Below are positions 1-12,237 of a stretch of DNA of 64,000 nt, piece by piece (position 1 is the stretch's first letter; each line of letters opens with the position of its first letter). The translations under genes were made by a program, and so were the position numbers. Below the pieces are notes generated by a model. It saw nothing but the letters and a program-made list of their open reading frames with translations. It was not told the origin of the DNA and did no database searches. This stretch comes from Mobula hypostoma (lineage: Eukaryota): contig NC_086097.1 of the NCBI RefSeq assembly GCF_963921235.1, positions 246,080,001 through 246,144,000 on the forward strand. The letters run 5' to 3'.

Positions 1-375
1 GCAGATTAAGGAGAAGTTTGAGTGTAAGAAAGCCAAGTAACAGGAGCTAGTAGAACAGTGCCAGGGACAGGGGTGGAGGGCACAATGTGAGCCTACAGGG
101 GTGGGGTGTAGAGGCTTTGCTGGTTGCTTACTCTGCAGAGCTAACTCTCTCCTTGACATGGGGCTGCAAAAAAAAAAGCCTTTAGGATTGTCACAGAGGC
201 TGCTGAGCTAGTCTCCCAATGGCTATGGTGTGAACTATGGACCAATGCTTCTGGGACATAAGCAGGGGCCTGATCAGCACTGGCTGGGTCGCCTGGGCGA
301 GAATATCTGATGTTGAAAGACCCGAAACACCCAATGACCTTGGGTTACATCACTGATGATGTGTCCCAGCGCATC
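1..375 (+). mobile_element. 3' end of an RLE-type non-LTR retrotransposon (HERO/R2-like), degenerate, with 3' UTR
   Basis: Translates as EKFECKKAK*QELVEQCQGQGWRAQCEP..GCRGFAG..EAAE..QWLW, matching the C-terminus of the restriction-like endonuclease of HERO-type LINEs. Confidence 0.7.
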
Positions 376-445
376 CAAGGATCAGCATCATGGTGTACTT
401 CAGATCTGTGACTTTGCTAAGTAGCCATTCCTATATAAAGTATAA

Positions 446-590
446 ACACAAGAAAGTCTGCAGATGCTGGAAATCCAGAGGAATATGCACAAAATTCTGG
501 AGGAACTTGGCAGGTCCGGCAGTTTCAATGGGAAGGGTGGTGTGTGGGAATAAATAGTCAATATTCAAACTGAGACCTTTCATCGGACTG
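446..590 (-). mobile_element. Penelope-type terminal repeat (pLTR) fragment with degenerate hammerhead motif
   Basis: ctgcagatgctggaaatc..gaggaact..gagacctttcatcggactg; same family as the copies at 2615, 23886 and 50780. Confidence 0.6.
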
Positions 591-699
591 AAGTTTACAT
601 ATCACAAGTAGTCTTTATTCATGTGTTTATTTATTGAGATACAGCATGGAATAGGCTGTTCTGACACTTTGAACCACACTGCCCAGCAATCTCCCAACT

Positions 700-893
700 T
701 AACCCTAGCCTAGTTACAGGACAATTTGCAATGATCAGTTAATCTACCACCGGTATGTCTTTGGACTGTGGGAGGAAACCAGAGCACCCGATGAAAACCC
801 ACCCAGTCACGGGGAGAACACACAAACTCCTTACAGGCAGCAGTGGGAATTGAACCTGGGCCGTCTGTACTGCAAAGCGCTGTGCTAACAACC
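700..893 (-). mobile_element. tRNA-derived SINE (V-SINE/HE1-like)
   Basis: Minus strand reads tggttagcacagcgc (A box) ..ggttcaattccc (B box), then core ttctccccgtgactgggtgggttt..ggtttcctcccacagtccaaagac. Confidence 0.75.
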
Positions 894-1174
894 AGAATAT
901 TTTCTGAAGGAGGGAATGCAATTGAGAATGAGAAGTTTATACAGCTACACACAGAAGTGGGACAAATTACTTCAGTCTGTTAAAGAGCTGATGCAAATAG
1001 GTCAAATGAAAATCTTACAGGGCAAGAGGTCAAGTAATGACTATTCCTTGACCCTAATAGAATGCATTCACAGGCCCTTGAAACTCAGGCAGCAAGCATT
1101 TGAACTTGTTTAGTAATCGACTCTTGATGATGTGTTCAGACGACCTGAATTTCCAGACATGCACAACACATTGT

Positions 1175-1315
1175 TCACAACCCTTCTTCTATTTTGACTG
1201 TGGTTTCCAGGGGTGGGGGACTGACTGAGTGATGTGTCATGGACACAAGTGTGAGACACGTGGGCAGGACGCTGAAGTATGGTGGGGGGCGGGGGAAGGT
1301 GGAAGTGTGACAGAC
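1175..1315 (-). other. candidate terminal coding exon (unverified)
   Basis: Apparently unique sequence with acceptor tttctctcag|. Phase-0 translation VCHTSTFPRPPPYFSVLPTCLTLVSMTHHSVSPPPLETTVKIEEGL*. Another frame is also open. Confidence 0.2.
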
Positions 1316-1607
1316 CTGAGAGAAACCCAGATGGCTCCTAAGCATCAGATTTTGGTGAGTGACTGGGCTGGGAAATAAGACACCAAAGAGGATGTGAGGT
1401 AATGATTGAAAAGGATTTTCTGAGTGGGAAAAACTGATCTAAGAAAACATCTGGACAATACTAACTATCAATACTCCCAGTGACAATTCATTCTTTTACA
1501 GGAAAATTAAGAGTTCACATTCATCAGAGTACAATTTCAACAATAAGTAGTATGCTGCCACAGCAAGTTCAAAGTAAATGTATTATCAAACTATATGCTA
1601 GTCGGTG

Positions 1608-1745
1608 GTCTCCTCTCCTGCCACGATGATTCCACTCTCTGGTTGGAGGAGCAACACCTCATATTCCGTCTGGGTAGCTTCCAACCCAATGGCATGGACA
1701 TCAACTTCTCTAATTTACAGTAATTTCTCCCCCTCCCCACAGTAA
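1608..1745 (+). mobile_element. Penelope-like element, ORF C-terminal fragment (copy A)
   Basis: Encodes LEEQHLIFRLGSFQPNGMDINFSN, the end of a PLE GIY-YIG domain. Confidence 0.65.
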
Positions 1746-2122
1746 TTCATTCGTTCACTATGTGCTGTGTCTTTTGACGTGGGCGATCATGGTCTTTCCA
1801 TGACCATGACTGTTCCTGGCAAAATTTTTCTACAAAGTGGCTTGTCATTGCCTTCTTTTGGGCAGTGCCTTTACAAGACGGGTGACCCCAGCCATTGTCG
1901 ATCCTCTTCAGAGATTGTCTGTCTGGTGTCAGTGGTCGCATAACCAGGACTGGTGATATGTACCTTCTCCTCATACGACCATCTACCACCTGCTCCCATG
2001 GGTTCATGTGACCCTGATCGGGGGCTAAGCAGGTGCTACACCTTGCCCAAGAATGACCTGCAGGTAATGGAAGATAGGAGTGCCTTACACCTCCTTTGGA
2101 AGAGACGCATCTCCAACCTACC
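1746..2122 (-). mobile_element. non-autonomous RTE-related short element
   Basis: Reverse complement of the element at 18105-18483; RTE-like ggcaa..ccactt 3' region and short-repeat tail. Confidence 0.6.
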
Positions 2123-2149
2123 TCCCTTTTCGTCATATAATATACTGTG

Positions 2150-2320
2150 CATAAAATTCTAGGGGAACTCAGCAGGTCAGGCAGCAGCTATGAAAGGGAA
2201 TAAACAGTAGACATTTTGGGCCAAGACCCTAACTGATGTAGGGTCAGAAACATAAACCATTTATTCTCTTCCATAGAAGCTGAGACTATTTCAGATCCTC
2301 CAGCATGTAGGGTGCGTTGC
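2150..2320. mobile_element. head-to-head (foldback) pair of Penelope terminal repeats
   Basis: Left arm ..ggaataaacagtagacattttgggccaagaccct is an imperfect inverted repeat of right arm agggtc..tttattctcttccatagaagctg. Confidence 0.55.
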
Positions 2321-2423
2321 TGTTGCTTGCAGGTCGCACTGGAACACCACAGCAAACTGCAAAAATATCTAAAAGTATGGTGAATAAAGCTGATCCACTC
2401 CCATTCTGACGTGTCGGCCCATA

Positions 2424-2562
2424 GTCTCCTCTCCTGCCACTATGATTCCACTCTCCGGCTGGAGGAACAACACCTCATATTCCGTCTGGGTAGCTTCCAA
2501 CCCAATGGCATGGACATCAACTTCTCTAATTTCCAGTAATTTCTCCCCCTCCCCACAGTAAT
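2424..2562 (+). mobile_element. Penelope-like ORF C-terminal fragment (copy B, near-identical to copy A)
   Basis: Direct near-identity to 1608-1745. Confidence 0.65.
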
Positions 2563-2674
2563 TTCAAAGTTCAAAGTAAATTTGTTATCAAAGTACGTAT
2601 ATGTCATCATATAACACACATAGAATGCAGGACGAACTCAGCAGGTCAGGCAGCATCTACGGAGAGGAATAAAG

Positions 2675-2710
2675 AGTCGACTTTTCAGGCTGAGACCCTT
2701 CATCAGGACT
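2675..2710 (-). ncRNA. minimal type I hammerhead ribozyme-like motif in a Penelope pLTR (best-preserved copy)
   Basis: Minus strand AGUC-CUGAUGA-AGGGUCUCAGCCU-GAAA-A-GUC-GACU: stem I AGUC/GACU, both core boxes, stem II hairpin. One change (GAAAA) relative to the usual GAAAC. Confidence 0.55.
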
Positions 2711-3239
2711 TCAGATGAAATAATGAAATAAGGAGAAAGTTGGCAGATGCAACACACACAAATACTGGCGGATCTCAGCATCTCTGGAAATGAATAAACA
2801 GTAAATGTCTTGGACTGAGACCCTTCATCGGGACGAGAAGGAAGGGGAAAGATGCCAGAATAAGAAGGTGGGGGTGGTCACCACATACTGCCTGGAGATT
2901 CATTTTGTTGCATTCACAGGAAAACGAGGAAATGCAATAGAATCAATGAAAACGATGAAGAGTGACAAACAACCAATGTGCAACAGAAGACAAACTGCAC
3001 AAAAATAGCTAACTAACTAAATAAATAAGATAGTTAGAAGCTGAAAACAGAAGTGGTAACAAGCCTTGAAAGTGAGTCTATAGGTTGTGGAATCAACTCA
3101 GAGTTGAGGTGAGTGAGGTCATCCAAACCGGTTTAAGAGCCTGATGGTTGGAGGGTCATAACTGTTTCTGAACCTGGCGGTGTTTATTTCATTTTATTTA
3201 TTTATTAGCATACAGCCCTTCAAGCCACAACACCCAGAA

Positions 3240-3415
3240 ATCGCCTGATTGAATCCTAGCCTAATCATGGGACAATTTACAATGACCAATTAACCTACCA
3301 ACCAGCACGTCTTTGGACTGTGGGAGGAAACCAGAGCACCCAGAGGAAACTCACACAGTCACGGGGAGAACGTACGCACTCTGTACAAGTCAGCAGCGGG
3401 AGTTGGACCCAAGGC
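3240..3415 (-). mobile_element. tRNA SINE (V-SINE/HE1-like)
   Basis: Same core as 700-893. Confidence 0.7.
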
Positions 3416-3997
3416 TGCACGATGGTAGTAGTGAGAAGAGAGCGTGGCCTGGTTGGTGGGGGTCTCGATGATGGATGGGCTTTCTTGTGAAAGTGCTCCT
3501 TGTAGGTATGCTCAATGGTAAGGAGGGCTTTTCCTGTGAGGGTCTGGGCCATATCCACCACTTAATTTAAATTACTTTAGCCTGTGCAGGGGACATTCCA
3601 AACGCCTCAGGGTCAAAATCATAATATCACTGACACATGTTGAGGAATTTGTTGCTCTGTGGCAGCAATACAGCATAAAGTCATAAACTTACTCATTAAC
3701 GTAAAACTACTTGTTAAAATTACCTATCGTACACCTGCCACAAAGCAGCAAGAATAAATAAGAGCCCAGTTAATCGTATAGAATCCAGCAGATCTGAATG
3801 ATACATTGACCCGGTTTCTCTCTTCATTGATGCCACCAGATCTGCTGTAATTTTCCAGGCTTTCCAGATTTTCTATTTTAATTTGGGACTTCCAGCCCCT
3901 GCAGCCTTTAGCTTTTCAAGTAAGGGGTCTGCTAGCCCGCCCCCAACAGGAATTTGTCCTCTTCCTGCGAAAGACAACAAGACTTCAATAAGGGAGG

Positions 3998-4380
3998 GGT
4001 GGCACGGTAGCATAGTGGTTAGTGCAATCGCTTTGCGGCTCCAACGTCTGCCGATCAGGGTTCAATTCTTGCCGCTGTCCGCCCGCAGGGAGTTTTTTCT
4101 CACATTCTCCCTGTGACTGGGTAGCTTTCCTCCGAGCGCTCCAGTTACCTCCAACATTACGATGAGGTATGGGTTAGCAGGTTAATTGGTCACATAGTGG
4201 TAACTGAGTGGCAGTTCGAGCGGTCATGGTTAGGGTTAGTAAGTTGCACCCGTGTTATGTTTGTCCCAGAAGCATTGCTACACGTACGGTCTGCCCCTCT
4301 GATACAAATTGATGCAAACAACTAATTTCACTGTATCTTTAGATGTTTCTTTATACTCGTGGCAAATAAAGCTAATCTTT
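3998..4380 (+). mobile_element. tRNA SINE (V-SINE-like)
   Basis: ggcacggtagcatagtggttagt (A box), gggttcaattc (B box), then V-type core. Confidence 0.65.
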
Positions 4381-4509
4381 AGAGTTTCAGCTTCATTTCC
4401 CTCGTCACTTTCAGCTGTGATCTTTGTACAAGTGGACACTGCCCTATGGGGGGCGGGGTGCGTCCCTAGAAAAGTGACGAAAACTGATTGTCCACAACAT
4501 GATACTCTG

Positions 4510-5275
4510 GTCCATTTTGGTAGGTCAAATATGATGGCAGAATATAGCATTAATGGTAAGACTCTTGGCAGTGTGGAGGATCAGAGGGATCTTGGGATCC
4601 GAGTCCAGAGAACACTCAAAGCTGCTACGCAGGTTGACACTGTGGTTAAGAAGGCATACAGGCCTTCATCAATCGTGGGATTGAATTTAGGAGCCGAGAG
4701 GTAATGTTGCAGCTATATAGGACCCTGATCAGACCCCACTTGGAGTACTGTGCTCAGTTCTGGTCACCTCACTACAGGAAGGATGTGGAAACCATAGAAA
4801 GGGTGCAGAGGAGGTTTACAAGGATGGTGCCTGGATTGGGGAGCATACCTTATGAGAATAGGTTGAGTGAACTCGGCTTTTTCTCCTTGGAGCGATGGAG
4901 GATGACAGGTGACCTGATAGAGGTGTATAAGATGATGAGAGGCATAGATCGTGTGGATAGTCAGAGGCTTTTTCTCAGGGCTGAAATGGTTGCCACAAGA
5001 GGGCACAGGTTTAAGGTGCTGGGAAGGTGGTATAGAGGAATGTCAGGGGTAAGTTTTTTACTCAGGGAGTGGTGAGTGCGAGGAATGGGCTGCCGGCGAC
5101 GGTGGTGGAGGCGGATACGATAGGGTCTTTTCAGAGAATTTTGGATTGGTACATGGAGCTTAGAAAAATAGAGGGCTATAGGTAACCCTAGTAATTTCTA
5201 AGGTGGGAACATGTTCGGCACAACTGTGTGGGCCAAAGGGCCTGTATTGTGCTGTAGGTTTTCTATGTTTCTATC
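4510..5275 (+). mobile_element. CR1 LINE 3' fragment
   Basis: LYRTLIRPHLEYCAQFWSPH..LERWRMTGDLIEVYK; 3' tail ttctatgtttctat. Confidence 0.92.
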
Positions 5276-5542
5276 AAAAACATTACGTTATGGAGACAAG
5301 AGGGCATAATTTTAAGTATGGGGGGCAAGACGTCAGAAGTAAGTTTTTTTACACAGAGAGTGTTAGGTGCATGGAACACCCCGCGGGGGTGTGGTGGTAG
5401 AAGCAGATACATTTAATAAACTCTTAGGTAGGCACCTGGATAATAAACAGGCCACCCCACAACCTCCCCTTGGCCTCTCTGACCACATCTCCACAACGGT
5501 AATCCAGCATACAGACCCTTGCTGAAAATGGGGAAACCAGTC

Positions 5543-5878
5543 ATGAGGATTATCACAGTATCCCCAACGAGGATTGTCACCGTATCCCCAATAAGGATTA
5601 TCACTGTACCCCCTGCCTTAACGAGAATTATCACCATATCCCTAATGAGGTTCGTCACCGTACACCTGAATGAGGATCGTCACCATATCCCTAACGAGGA
5701 TTGTCACCGTATCCCCAATAAGGATTATCACTGTACCCCCTGCCTTAACGAGAATTATCACCATATCCCTAATGAGGTTCGTCACCGTACACCTGAATGA
5801 GGATCGTCACCATATCCCTAACGAGGATTGTCACCGTATCCCCAATAAGGATTATCACCGTATCCCTAATGAGGATCA
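5543..5878. repeat. 24-bp minisatellite with a 127-bp higher-order period
   Basis: Unit ~AATGAGGATTATCACCGTATCCCT; acgaggattgtcacc recurs at 5567, 5694 and 5821. Confidence 0.92.
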
Positions 5879-5904
5879 TTGGCCTATACCCTAACATGGT
5901 AATC

Positions 5905-6710
5905 TCTCTAGCTTAGGGCTACTTTGAAATGACTAACTGTCTGATGTTCAAGGAAGTCGCCACAAACAGAAAAGACACATACCTCATTGTGTCACTGACT
6001 ACATCTGTAAGTGTCAGGCACCTCACAGCCCAATCCGAAGCCCTGATGTGCTCCCTCCTAAATGCCCGGGATGTTGCCTTCAAGTCTGGAGACATAACAG
6101 CTCTCAGAGCAGCCGGGAGGAAGCACATCTTAGGCATCAAGAGGGCAAAGCCTTCCTCTGCAGAACCACTTGACAAAGGAGAACTTTAGAAGAACTTACA
6201 CCAGTCACACCTCCGTTTACATAGGCAGTGAAGCAGTGGAAACTGTGAGCATTTCAAACTCCTGGGCGTCCACATCTCTCACAATCCCAGAACACAACTT
6301 ATTCAATCAAGAAAGCTCACCCAAAGCCTCTACTATCTGAGGAGGCTGAGGAGAGATTGAAAAGGCACGTCAGTACTCACATTCTAGTCGAGATGCACGG
6401 TAGAGAGCATCCAACAGGCTGCAGGGTGCGGAAACTGCACTGTAGCAGACAGGAAGGCTCCACAATGGGTAGTCAAAACTGCCCACACATCACCAGGACC
6501 AGCCTACCTGCCATCACGAACATATATTCAGAAAGGTGCCAGAAAAAGCAACATCATAAAGGTTCCCACCCACCTGCTCATGGACCATTTGTTCCACTCA
6601 TCAGGGCAGAGGCTATGTAGCATCCATGTCAGACTCAAAAACAGATACCTTCCCCACTTGTACCTGTACCAAGTACTTCATCATTTCCTGTCAGAGAAAC
6701 TTCTTGTACG
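5905..6710 (+). mobile_element. degenerate Rex1/Babar-like LINE fragments
   Basis: LLNARDVAFKSGD; FKLLGVHIS..KKAHQ.LYYLRRL motifs broken by frameshifts. Confidence 0.65.
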
Positions 6711-6734
6711 GACACTTCTGTGACTAATGTCATT

Positions 6735-7350
6735 TTGTGGACATACCCTCACTAATTTTTACAGATACACCGTAGAAAGCATTCTTCTAGGGTGCATCAC
6801 AACCTGGTATGGAAGTTGTCCTGTCCAAGACCGGAAGAAGCTGCAGAAGATCGTGAACACAGCGCAGCACATCACACAAACCAATCTTCCGTCCTTGGAC
6901 TCACTTTACACCGCACGCTGTCGGAGCATTGCTGCCAGGATAATCAAGGACACGACCCACCCAGCCAACACACCTTTCGTCCCTCTTCCCTCCGGGAGAA
7001 GGCTCAGGAGCTTGAAGACTCATACGGCCAGATTTGGGAACAGTTTCTTTCCAACTGCTGAACAGATAAGACTGCTGAACGGATCCTGACCCGGATCTGG
7101 GCCGTACCCTCCAAATATCTGGACCTGCCTCTCGTTTTTTTTGCACTTCCTTACTTTCCATCTTTCTATTTCCTATTTATGATTTATAATTTAAATTTTT
7201 AACATTTACTAATTTTAACTATTTTTAATATTTTTAATATTTAATATTTGTAATCCAGGGAGTGTGAAGCGCAGAATTAAATATCGCTGTGATGATTGTA
7301 CATTCTAGTACCAATTGTTTGGTGACAATAAAGTATAAAGTATAAAGTAC
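6735..7350 (+). mobile_element. Rex1/Babar-like LINE 3' end
   Basis: LTNFYRYTVESILLGCITTWYGSC..IIKDTTHP..LPSGRRLRS; tail aataaagtataaagtataaagt. Confidence 0.85.
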
Positions 7351-7784
7351 AATCAATCTATGTATATAAGCTACTTTATGTATTTATATTTATTGTGTTT
7401 TTTTTGTGCTGCATCAGATCTGGAGTAACTCATTTACGCTTGAATACTGCTAATGACATTAAACAATCATGACAGACGAATGGAGCTCTACGTAGGAGGG
7501 CAGGGTTAGAATGGCTGAAAAGGTCAGTACAATACCTTGGGCTGAAGGACCTGTACTGTGCTGTAAAGATTTATGAAGCAGGAAATGAGAGTTGGAAAAT
7601 AAAATATATATTTATTTATTTTTTATCCGCTATACAGGCACCTTTTATACTTTATCTGGAAGCTTTGGTAGAGGCTGGTGAACTTTGTGCTGGTGAACTT
7701 TGTACTGGTGAATTTCTGATACCTCAGTGGCAATAATTTGGAAATCAGCTGAAAGCTGAACTTAGTGGGTACTGATAAAATCAT

Positions 7785-8795
7785 AAAACCATAAGGCATA
7801 GCAACAAAATTAGGCCATTCAGCTCATCGAGTCTGCCCCGTCAATCCATCCTGGCTGATCCCGGATCCCACTCAACCCCGTACACCTGCCTTCTCGCCAT
7901 AACCTTTGATGCCCTGACCGATCAGGAAACTATCAACTTCCGCTTTAATTATACCTATGGACTTGGCTTCCACCGCAGTCTGTGGCAAAGGATTCCACAG
8001 ATTCACAACCCTCTGGCTAAAAAAATTCCTCCTTACCTCTGTTCTAAAAGATCTCCCCTCAATTGTGAGGCTGTGCCTTCTAGTTCTGGATACCCCCGCC
8101 AGAGGAAACATCCTCTCCACAACCCCCTTACCTAGTCCTTTCAACTTTCGGTAGGTTTCAATCAGATTGCCCCGCATTCTTTTAAACTCCAGTGAGTCCA
8201 GGCCCAAAGCTGCCAAACGCTCCTTATATGTTAACTCCTTGATTTCCGGAATCATCCTCGTGAATCTCCTCTGGGCTCTCTCCAATGAGAATGCAACCTT
8301 TCTGAGATATGGGGCCCAAAGCTGTTGACAATACTCCAGACGCAGCCCGACTAGTGTCTTATAAAGACTCAGCATTATCTGCTTGCTTTTATATTCTATT
8401 CCTCTTGAAATAAATGCCAACATTGCATTTGCCTTCTTTACCACAGACTCAACCTGTAAATTAACCTTCTGGGAGTCTTGTACAAGGACTCCGAGGTCCC
8501 TCTGCTCCTCTGATGTTTGAACCTTCTCCCCATCTAGATAATAGTCCACACTATTGTTCCTTTTACCAAAATGCATCATCGTACATTTCCCAACAATATA
8601 TTGCATTTGACACTTTTTTGCCCATTCTTCCAATTTGTCTAAGTCTTGCTGCAATCGCATTTCTTCCTCAGTACTACCTATCTTCATATCATCCGTAAAC
8701 CTTGCCACAAAGCCATCAATTCAATTATCTAAATCATTGACAAACAATGTGACAGGTTGTAGTCCCAATACTGACTGACCCCTGAGGAATGCCAC
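7785..8795 (-). mobile_element. CR1 LINE 3' fragment
   Basis: ORF 7872-8708: FTDD(M)K, RDLGVLV, LEYC, RRNFFSQRVV. Confidence 0.93.
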
Positions 8796-8944
8796 CAGCC
8801 TCACCACTCCTCCTCAAACCCCACACACTCCCATCCCCAAATCTCTCACTGCTTTTCATTCCTCCTATAGTCTATCCTTGCCACTCTTCTTGACAAAACA
8901 AATCCTATCTGAAACCTATCATTGAAATCTGTTGAATCTTGAAT

Positions 8945-9270
8945 GTCTTCTATACTGGGGGAGTCTAAGACCAGAGGGCAGGGCCTCAGAATATAAGGAC
9001 GTCCCTTGAGGACAATAATGAGGAGGGGTTTCTTTAACCAGAAGCTGGTGAACCTAAGGAATTCATTGCTGTGGAGGCTAAGTCATTGGGTATATATAAA
9101 ATGCAGGTTCATAGGTTCTTGATTAGTAAGGTCATTAAAAGGTTATGGGGAGAAGTAAGGAGAATGGAGTTGAGATGGATAATAAATCAGCCATGATGGA
9201 ATGACCAGTAGACCAGATGGACCGAGTGATTTAATTTTGCTGCTATGTCTTGTGGTATTATGGTCTTATT
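8945..9270 (+). mobile_element. CR1 3' end, old
   Basis: GESKTRG..MRR.FFNQ-like sequence and CR1 3' UTR. Confidence 0.7.
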
Positions 9271-10116
9271 TTCTTGTCTGGCTGCAGTTCTCCAGACATA
9301 ACTAGCCTCGATATTCCAAGTAGACCCAATCTATATTTCCCCTCCGGAGCATTCTCTTCCCATTCATTACATTTTGACCCCACCACAAAAATCCCAAAAT
9401 TATCCACCTCATTGGACATGAAAAATGTAGTTTCTCATGGTTACTCATTTCCAATGCCCTGGGAGCAATATATTAAAAGTCTTAAGCGGATACACTTCCC
9501 AATCTCGTCCTTTATATCTATCCTCACCATTTTCTCCATGGTTGAATGGCAGAGTCATTTGTCACCGGCACACAGTTCTTATTCCAAATTCTAAAAAAAA
9601 ATTCTTGGAACAGGGAAGCTATTGAACAACGTGCACAGTGTTGGCGAGGGAGCCCTTTTGGTCAGAATGTCCGGACTTGAGCAATGTTAACAAATGCTCA
9701 TTCTATTTCGCCCCAAATCTCTTAAACTTCATCCAGCTCGTCGACTTTAGACCCTTGCAATTCACTTTGTTGATTTAAAATGTTTGTGTCTTTGAGCTTT
9801 TCTTTTAGAACGTAGAACACGGAAGAGTACAGCATAGTATAGGCGCTTCGGCCCTCAATATTGTGCCAACCACTCAACTTAGTCCACGACCAATCCTTCT
9901 CTCTTACATAGACCTTCATTTTTCTTAGATGCACCCATACATACTCCCTGAGTAAAATACTTATCGCTACAGCGCCCCGCCCCATACTTGTCTCCAATCG
10001 CCTTAAAGTTATCCCATGAGTACTGGTCATTTTGGTCCCAGGAAAAGGTCTCTGACTATACATTTGATTTATCCCTCTTATCATCTTGTACACCTCTATC
10101 AAGTCACCTCTCATCT

Positions 10117-10535
10117 TAGAAACATAGGAACATAGAAAATAGGTGCAGGAGTAGGCCATTCAGCCCTTCGAGCCTGCACCACCATTCAGTATGATCATGG
10201 CTGATCATCCAACTCAGAACCCTGTACCAGCCTTCCCTCCATACCCCCGATCCCTTTAGCCACAAGGGCCATATCTAACTCCCTCTTAAATATAGCCAAT
10301 GAACTGGACTCAACTGTTTCCTGTGGCAGAGAATTCCACAGATTCACCACTCTCTGTGTGAAGAAGTTTTTTCTCATCTCGGTCCTAAAAGGTTTCCCCT
10401 TTATCCTCAAACTGTGACCCCTCGTTCTGGACTTCCCCAACATCGGGAACAATCTTCCTGCATCTAGTCTGTCCAATCCCTTTAGGATTTTATATGTTTC
10501 AATAAGATCCCCCCTCAATCTTCTAAATTCCAAAG
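10117..10535 (-). mobile_element. CR1 3' fragment nested in an older CR1
   Basis: LEFRRLRGDLIETYKILKGLD; flanked by further CR1 3' remnants (9805-10116 and 10555-10695). Confidence 0.88.
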
Positions 10536-10696
10536 AGAAAAGTTGTGTATATTGCATATAGAACATAAAACTCTACAGCATATTACAGACCCTTTGGCTC
10601 ACACTGTTGTGCCAACATTTTAACCTACTCTAAATCAATCTAATTTTCCCCTCTCACATAGCCCTCCATTTTTCTATCATCCATGTGCCTATCTAA

Positions 10697-11002
10697 GAGT
10701 AATAGGCATCTGTTAGTCTTGGGAGGCCATGGATTTGCATCTTGGAAGGTTTCCAGGGCGCAGGCCTGGGCCAGCTTGTATGGAAGACTGGCAGTTGCCC
10801 ATGCTGCAAGTCTCCCCTCTGCACGCCACCGATGTTGTCCAAGGGAAGGGCATTAGGACCCATACAGCTTGGCACCAGTGTTGTCGCAGAGCGATGTGTG
10901 GTTAAGTGCCTTGCTCAAGGACACAAACGCTGCCTCAGCTGAGGCTTGAACTAGCGACCTTCAGATCACTAGACTGATACCTTAACCACTCGGCCACACA
11001 CC
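10697..11002 (-). mobile_element. tRNA-head SINE with CORE-like centre and RTE-like tail
   Basis: Minus strand gtggccgagtggttaagg..ggtcgctagttcaagc..gtgtccttgagcaaggcacttaac. Confidence 0.7.
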
Positions 11003-12237
11003 AACACTAAGAGTAAATGCCCTTAATTTCACACGGGTACTTGTAGCTATTTCTCGCTTCAAAGTTCTAAATACATTAATTATCAAAGTATGTACATGTT
11101 ATACAACCTTGAGATTCATCTCCTTACAGGCAGCCACAAAACACGAAACCCAAAAGAACCTATGAAAGACTGTCAATCACCCATGTGCAGAGAGAGAGAG
11201 AGAGAGAGAAAAAAACAAATCGTGCAAATAAGAGCAAGCACTGTTCACAACTGAGGTCCATGAAAGAGTGTCCATCCACAGACACAAAGCCACAGCCTCA
11301 GTTCAGCGCAGAGTTGAGTGAACGTTAGGGAGCAGCAACTTGTTAACAATTTGATACTTTTCCCCTTATTTTTCTTCAGTTTTGGTCACCTACCTACAGG
11401 AATGGTACGGGAGCCTCAGGACTCAAACCACAAAGTTCAGAAACTGATATTACCTCTCATCCACGAACCAACTTGTATCTGGATCATAGCCCTTCATACC
11501 TCTCCCATCCATGTACTTATCCAAACTTCTCTTAAACGTTAAAATCAAAAGCCATATGCCACTTGATTTGGCAGCTTGCTCCCACTGAGTGAAGATGTTC
11601 CCCTAAAAATTTCACCTTTCACCCTTAAATTTGTAAATAACACTATTCTTTGCGTTTCTGGTTAGATGCTAACTGCATTTCATTGGCTTTGTATCTGTAC
11701 TCGGCACAATGACAATAAAGTTGAATTTAATCTAATCTAATTAACCTATGACCTTTAGTTCTAGTCTCAGTCAACCTCAGTGAAAAGCGCCTGCTTGCTT
11801 TTACCCTACCTATAGGGACTTTTAGATAGTTACATGGAGCTCAGTAAAATAGAGGGCTATAGGTAAGCCTAAGGTAGGGACATGTTCGGTTTGTGGGCTG
11901 AAGGGCCTGTATTGTGCTGTAGGTTTTCTATGTTCTATGATCGATACCCCTGATAATTTTTGTATATCTCCCCTCATTCTCCTACACTTTAGGGAATAAA
12001 GACCTAACTTATTCAGTCTTCCCCTTCAACTCAAGTCCTCAGATCCTGGCAACATCCTTGTAAATTTTCACTGTGCTCTTTCAATCTTATTAACATCTTC
12101 CTGTAGGTAGGTAACTAGAACTGCACTCAACTTCAGATTAGGCCTCACCAACATCTTATAAAATTTTAACATGACATCTTGACTCCTGCACTCAATATTT
12201 TGATTTATGAAGACCAATGTGCCAAAAGCTTTCTTTA

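Noticed and set aside
305..366. Hammerhead-like GAAAC..CUGAUGA in the HERO 3' UTR
   Set aside because: No workable stem I can be formed between the putative cleavage triplet and CUGAUGA.
5543..5878. CRISPR-like array or repeat protein
   Set aside because: The monomers are contiguous with no unique spacers, the context is eukaryotic, and the 127-bp period is not a multiple of 3.
10940..11002. tRNA gene
   Set aside because: It is the tRNA-like head of a SINE, with no full cloverleaf, and continues into the SINE core.
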